A stretch of DNA of 64,000 nucleotides from a virus: IMG/VR virus record IMGVR_UViG_3300016445_000001. One strand, 5' to 3'. The translations under genes were made by a program, and so were the position numbers. The notes under the pieces were generated by a model. The model worked only from the letters and a program-made list of their open reading frames with translations. It was not told where the DNA came from and searched no databases. Numbering within the stretch: position 1 is the stretch's first letter; every line of letters starts with the position of its first letter. Below are positions 60,358-64,000 of the stretch, piece after piece.

Positions 60358-61938
60358 TCACGTGCCTGGCCACCTGTCTGGAATCCCGTCTTTCAGCTCA
60401 AACCCAGTGAACCACACGTGGTTCTCGTCACCGACCGACTGCACACCGGGCACCATGGCCAGGGTGGCGTAGAACTGCCTGCGCATCAGCAGCGGGGTGT
60501 CGCGCTCGGCCCTCCCCCAGTCCACGTAGCTCTGGTAGCACTCAGACCCGCTCACCCGCGGTCCCGCGCCGTTGGGCACGGTCATCTCGGCGAGCCACTG
60601 CGCGGCGCTGTTCTGCTCGGCGGCGTAGGCGGCTGTCTTGGCTTCCACGAGCCCAGGCTTGACCAGCAGCCCGGCACCGCCGTCCGCCATGGCTGCGGCG
60701 CAGCCCCACATCATCAGCGAGAGGATGCCGTCCCGCTCCTGATCCAGAATCCGCCGCACCATGGCCGGGTCCCGCAGCTCCTCGGGGATGGTCGGACCCA
60801 TCGGGATCACGATGATCCGCCGGCGCAAAGCTGGGTCCAGGTGCAGCAGCGAGGGCATCTCGTTGTTGGCGATGAAGATCACCCAGCTCACCATGGTGTC
60901 GGTCATCGTCTTGTCGTAGAGCAGCTCGACCGCCAGCGACTCCTCGCCGGTGAGCCGCTTGAGCTGCATCTCGTCTATCAGCAGGTGCGCCGCCGTCTCG
61001 CTGATCACGATCAGCCGCTTGCCGCGCATCGTCGCCTCGTGCCGCGGGTGCCGGGCACCATGGCGGCCTGGCGCAGACACCAGCGCAGGCTGCGCCTGGT
61101 AGGCGAGCTGCTGGCCAAGCACTGTTGACAGCACCCGCAGCAGCGCGCTCTTGCCGTTGGCCGTGGGGCCGGTCAGGAAGAACACGAGCTGGAGCGGGTT
61201 GCTGCCCAGCAGCGAATACCCGAGGGCCTTGACCAGATACCAGTAGACGTCCTCCACGCCGCCGACCGAGCGGCGCAGCATCGAGGCGTACATCGGGCAG
61301 CCCTCGTCCGGCCGCTGTGACCATGGCCGCGGGCTCGCAGCCACCAGGTAGGACATCCTGGCCTTGGGGTGGTGCGGCCACACGCTCACGCCGTTGGACG
61401 GCAGCAGCTCGATGATCCCGGCGTCGGTGTTCAGGTGCTCGGGGTAGCGGTCGGCCATGGCATCGGGGCCAACACCGCAGACGTCCATCATGTAGGAGCG
61501 GAGGGCGGCGAGCCCGGCAGCGCCGCGGATCTTCGCGCCGTACTTCACCATGGGCTCCCACCCGCGGATCTTGATCTCAGCGGCCACCGCGCGCCTGATC
61601 ACGTCGTTGCCAGCGCCCGGCCGCGCAGCCATCACCTGGGCGCGGATGTGCTCATGCACGGCCACCAGGAGCTGCTCGTACCAGTGGGTGAAGCCGATGA
61701 TCACCCTGCCGACCTGGTTGCTGTTGTCAGGCCGGTGGTGCTTGCCGTCCCACAGGAACCACTGCTTGTCACCGGGCACGTAGGCCATCTCGTCAGGGCG
61801 GATCTGGTGGTGGATCAGCTCGGCCGCGGTGCGGTCATCTGTCGGGAGGTTGGCCATGGTGGCGGCCTCTGCGAGGGTGCCGCCGTCCCAAAACCCGAGC
61901 CAGCGCCAGGTCCCGGGCTCACCCCTGGATACGGCCAT
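60358..61938 (-). CDS. D5/P4-type primase-helicase (superfamily 3 NTPase)
   Basis: Walker A LTGPTANGKS, Walker B RLIVISE, and a D5_N-like region upstream. 526 aa (alternative start ATG near 61857). Confidence 0.8.
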   Translation of the reverse strand: MAVSRGEPGTWRWLGFWDGGTLAEAATMANLPTDDRTAAELIHHQIRPDEMAYVPGDKQWFLWDGKHHRPDNSNQVGRVIIGFTHWYEQLLVAVHEHIRAQVMAARPGAGNDVIRRAVAAEIKIRGWEPMVKYGAKIRGAAGLAALRSYMMDVCGVGPDAMADRYPEHLNTDAGIIELLPSNGVSVWPHHPKARMSYLVAASPRPWSQRPDEGCPMYASMLRRSVGGVEDVYWYLVKALGYSLLGSNPLQLVFFLTGPTANGKSALLRVLSTVLGQQLAYQAQPALVSAPGRHGARHPRHEATMRGKRLIVISETAAHLLIDEMQLKRLTGEESLAVELLYDKTMTDTMVSWVIFIANNEMPSLLHLDPALRRRIIVIPMGPTIPEELRDPAMVRRILDQERDGILSLMMWGCAAAMADGGAGLLVKPGLVEAKTAAYAAEQNSAAQWLAEMTVPNGAGPRVSGSECYQSYVDWGRAERDTPLLMRRQFYATLAMVPGVQSVGDENHVWFTGFELKDGIPDRWPGT

Positions 61939-62071
61939 GGCTGCACCAGCGGGTAATTTCAGCTACCATCAGCATCGGTTGGTGATCCTTCCGTCTAGGT
62001 CCGCATCTTCATCGGTGGAAAGCCTCGCGCCTGGGTCATCGTCCACGACTGCCTCCGCAACCGCAGTCACG

Positions 62072-62098
62072 CCAGCCCCCGTCCGACCGGGGGTCTGG
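62072..62098 (-). other. stem-loop with hexaloop GUCGGA (minus-strand sense)
   Basis: CCAGCCCCCG tccgac CGGGGGtCTGG. About 10 bp with one bulge. Confidence 0.4.
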
Positions 62099-62127
62099 CA
62101 CTTCTAATTCCAAGATCAAAAGCTCGC

Positions 62128-62168
62128 CTGCGGGGTAAGGCGTAGGTCCGACCCTACGCCTGCCGCAG
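62128..62168 (-). terminator. compound stem-loop (8-bp inner plus 6-bp outer stem) with the same hexaloop, followed by a T-run on the minus strand
   Basis: CTGCGG..GGCGTAGG tccgac CCTACGCC..CCGCAG. Minus-strand downstream sequence is GCGAGCTTTTGATCTT. Begins 10 nt after the stop at 62178. Confidence 0.5.
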
Positions 62169-62177
62169 CTTGATCCG

Positions 62178-62351
62178 TCACCTCCTGGGCGAGTATCTGC
62201 AACCCTCACCATGGCTGATCTCAGCCTCCTGTTCACCTGATCCCTCGCGGCCCTCCGCGGGCACCACCATGGGCTGCTCGCAGCCGGCGCAGACGTACTC
62301 GCCCGGCAGGCCGGGGACCGTTTCCTTGAGCCTGAATCTCGACACAGCCAT
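62178..62351 (-). CDS. small Cys-containing protein (57 aa)
   Basis: ATG 62351 behind AGGAGCTGA, in frame with the tail of ORF 62178..62792. Confidence 0.45.
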   Translation of the reverse strand: MAVSRFRLKETVPGLPGEYVCAGCEQPMVVPAEGREGSGEQEAEISHGEGCRYSPRR

Positions 62352-62353
62352 GG

Positions 62354-62845
62354 TCAGCTCCTGGCGCAGTCTGCACAGATGTGCTTGCCCTCGTCCGGCG
62401 ACCACGCGATGTAGTCGCCGGCCTCCCACCTTAGCCCGCAGCACGGGCAGACACCGCCCCACCGCGAGATCCGCAGCGGGCCGACGTCCGAGCTGACCGA
62501 CTCCTCGGCAAGCTCGGCCATCTGCTCGTGCCAGTCGGGCTCGATGGTGTCGATGCGCAGCACGTTCATCTGCGGCGCGGGCTCGATTCCGGCCATCCGG
62601 CAGTAGTGGCACCAGATGATCACCTGCACCGGCTTGCCCGGGTTGCAGCCCTCGCAGTAGGCCATGGGTCCGGCGTGCTCGCCGACTGGGCAGCCGAGCC
62701 ACCACACCACCGCCGCGGGCCTGCCGCAGCGGCCATCCCCTCCTATCCGGTCGCACGTGGGCGGCACCACCCACCGGCCGCCGACATAGCACTCCCCGGT
62801 GACGCGCTCGATGCCGCCGATCAGGTCCGGGTCAAGCTCAGCCAT
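62354..62845 (-). CDS. Cys-rich protein, paralogue of 62995..63417
   Basis: 163 aa. Shared block W.LGCPVGEHAGPMAYC versus WTIGCTVGEHVGPLEYC. Additional CPCC and CADC motifs. Confidence 0.6.
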   Translation of the reverse strand: MAELDPDLIGGIERVTGECYVGGRWVVPPTCDRIGGDGRCGRPAAVVWWLGCPVGEHAGPMAYCEGCNPGKPVQVIIWCHYCRMAGIEPAPQMNVLRIDTIEPDWHEQMAELAEESVSSDVGPLRISRWGGVCPCCGLRWEAGDYIAWSPDEGKHICADCARS

Positions 62846-63002
62846 GGCTGGGCTCCGGTATAGGCGTGATCAGGGCCAGTGACCTGCCCCCGCTGGTGAG
62901 CCTGGTGGTCCGGCCGATCCCTGTCTCAGCGATGGCCAGCACCAGCGCGGTGAGCAGTTCTGTGCCGCTCAGCGGGCCGATGTCCACCTCCCGGTCATCC
63001 AT
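62838..63002 (-). CDS. small ORF (54 aa) bridging the two paralogues
   Basis: My own translation: MDDREVDIGPLSGTELLTALVLAIAETGIGR... Its start overlaps the upstream stop and its stop overlaps the downstream start. Confidence 0.35.
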   Translation of the reverse strand: MDDREVDIGPLSGTELLTALVLAIAETGIGRTTRLTSGGRSLALITPIPEPSHG

Positions 63003-63417
63003 GGCTCTCGTCCTCAGCAGCGGGCCACACCTGGCGCAGCGCCCACTCCACGTCGGTGTCCGACCCGAGCGCCCACGGGTTGGGCAGCGGGCTCCCGTCA
63101 GGGCGGGTGCGGTTGAACACCCGGATGCGCGCGTGGACGCCGAGCTTCACGCACTGGCCGCAGACCATGGCGAACGGTCCCGCCCGCACAGCCTTGGCGG
63201 CGTGGATCGAGCAATACTCCAGCGGGCCGACGTGCTCGCCGACGGTGCAGCCGATCGTCCACACCTCGGTGACTTCCATGGGGCAGTTGACACCCGCGCC
63301 GTCGATCAGGTCGGCGCAGACGCCCATCAGCTCAGCCTTGCCCGCGCGGTCAGCAGCGGGCCTCTCCCCCAGTCCTGGCGGCGGTGCCAGGGGGTCCGGG
63401 CGCTCCTCGTCCTCCAT
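62995..63417 (-). CDS. Cys-rich protein, paralogue of 62354..62845
   Basis: ATG 63417 lies 8 nt after GGAGG, in frame with ORF 62995..63990. 140 aa. Confidence 0.55.
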   Translation of the reverse strand: MEDEERPDPLAPPPGLGERPAADRAGKAELMGVCADLIDGAGVNCPMEVTEVWTIGCTVGEHVGPLEYCSIHAAKAVRAGPFAMVCGQCVKLGVHARIRVFNRTRPDGSPLPNPWALGSDTDVEWALRQVWPAAEDESHG

Positions 63418-63419
63418 GG

Positions 63420-63692
63420 TCAAGCCTCCGCGGCGCGCGTCAGCGGGGCGTCGGTCGCGTAGATGTGGCCGCCGCCTGGCTGCGGGGTGGTCGCCATGGT
63501 GCGCGCGGACGTCTGCTGGCCGCGGACCTGCTCGATGGTCCAGCGCCCGTCCAGGGTGATGGTGTCGGGGAAGCCGCAGCCGCTGCACACCCGCAGCACC
63601 ACCGTCTTGGGCAGCACCATCCCGGGCATCAGCGGCGTCAGGTGCCAGACGTCCACGAGTGAGTAGCCATGGTGGTGCTTGCGCATGATCAT
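63420..63692 (-). CDS. hypothetical protein
   Basis: 90 aa. ATG 63692 at a TGATCATG junction with the upstream stop. Confidence 0.5.
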   Translation of the reverse strand: MIMRKHHHGYSLVDVWHLTPLMPGMVLPKTVVLRVCSGCGFPDTITLDGRWTIEQVRGQQTSARTMATTPQPGGGHIYATDAPLTRAAEA

Positions 63693-64000
63693 CGCCTGCC
63701 GTAGATCGACTGGTCCCAGGCCGCCTCACCATCGCGCCGGGCTCGGCGGACAAACTCCCGGGCCGAGGTGATGGTGCGGTCCACCTCGGCGCGGCTAAAC
63801 CCTCGCATGTCGGTGGCAGCGAGCACCAGCTCCAGCTCGCCCATGGCCACCCGGTAGCCCTCCGCGTTGTCCGGCAGCCTGCGGAACAGCGAGCACGCCA
63901 GCCGGTGCAGCGTGGTGTTGCGCGAGCCGCGCTCCAGCCCGGTCTGCTTGAGCTGCTCCACGTCCGGCAGCGGGACGCCCGTCTTGCCATGGTCGGTGCC
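63689..64000 (-). CDS. C-terminal part of a replication protein with PriCT-like domain (partial, continues past the window end)
   Basis: Frame stays open to position 64000. ERGSRNTTLHRLACSLFRR...FSRAEVDRTITSA resembles the GxRN...L primase C-terminal (PriCT) motif. Confidence 0.45.
   Translation of the reverse strand, partial: GTDHGKTGVPLPDVEQLKQTGLERGSRNTTLHRLACSLFRRLPDNAEGYRVAMGELELVLAATDMRGFSRAEVDRTITSAREFVRRARRDGEAAWDQSIYGRR

Noticed and set aside
62128-62168. Possible tRNA or tRNA-like gene suggested by GGCGTAGG...CCTACGCC (T-arm-like) hairpin.
   Set aside because: The loop is 6 nt (TCCGAC/GTCGGA) rather than a 7-nt T-loop with the TTC motif. The stem is 8 bp, and no D-arm, anticodon arm or acceptor pairing could be drawn around it.
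1-64000. Integrase, excisionase, attachment site, partition genes, tRNA or rRNA genes.
   Set aside because: No ORF shows tyrosine or serine recombinase motifs or ParA Walker boxes. The only ParB-like motif is a domain of the polyvalent protein. Lifestyle (integrated prophage versus plasmid-like) therefore cannot be decided from this window.

Overview
Very GC-rich DNA with G/C-dominated third codon positions. It looks like a segment of an actinobacterial (Streptomyces-like) siphovirus-type temperate phage, prophage or phage-plasmid. All calls rest on reading the six-frame track, motif recognition and gene order; no searches were run. Layout: (1) 1-8.4 kb holds rightward small early or accessory genes, including a HicA-like protein, a Spo11/TopoVI-A-like Toprim protein and a C5 DNA methyltransferase. 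(2) 8.4-15.8 kb is an accessory block. It contains a terminator-flanked secreted-protein moron, an RHH-like gene, a DUF2637-like membrane protein and a HutC/GntR repressor. Diverging from the repressor is an operon of membrane proteins ending in an FtsK/TraB-like translocase and an HNH nuclease. This resembles the Kor/Spd/Tra dsDNA-transfer module of actinomycete conjugative elements. (3) 57.3 down to 15.7 kb is one long leftward late region: Pro-rich protein, TerS, TerL, portal, MuF, two large polyvalent-type proteins, protease/scaffold, decoration protein, major capsid, connectors, major tail, frameshifted chaperones, tape measure, Dit, minor tail proteins (one of 1885 aa, Ala-rich), fibre, then the lysis cassette. 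A free-standing HNH homing endonuclease sits on the opposite strand inside the tail operon. (4) 57.5-64 kb holds leftward small genes, a D5/P4-type primase-helicase and a partial PriCT-containing gene. Non-coding signals: a near-palindromic 14-bp operator-like motif (core TGTAAGTACA) at three operon heads, with degenerate copies at the GntR promoter. There is also a phased array of ~10-bp GATC-containing repeats next to the primase-helicase gene, a conserved 16-bp TTGACA element, recurrent stop-start junctions built on TGATCATG, and several hairpins. No integrase, att site, tRNA, rRNA or CRISPR array was recognised. Many start codons are approximate, and most small genes have no assignable function.
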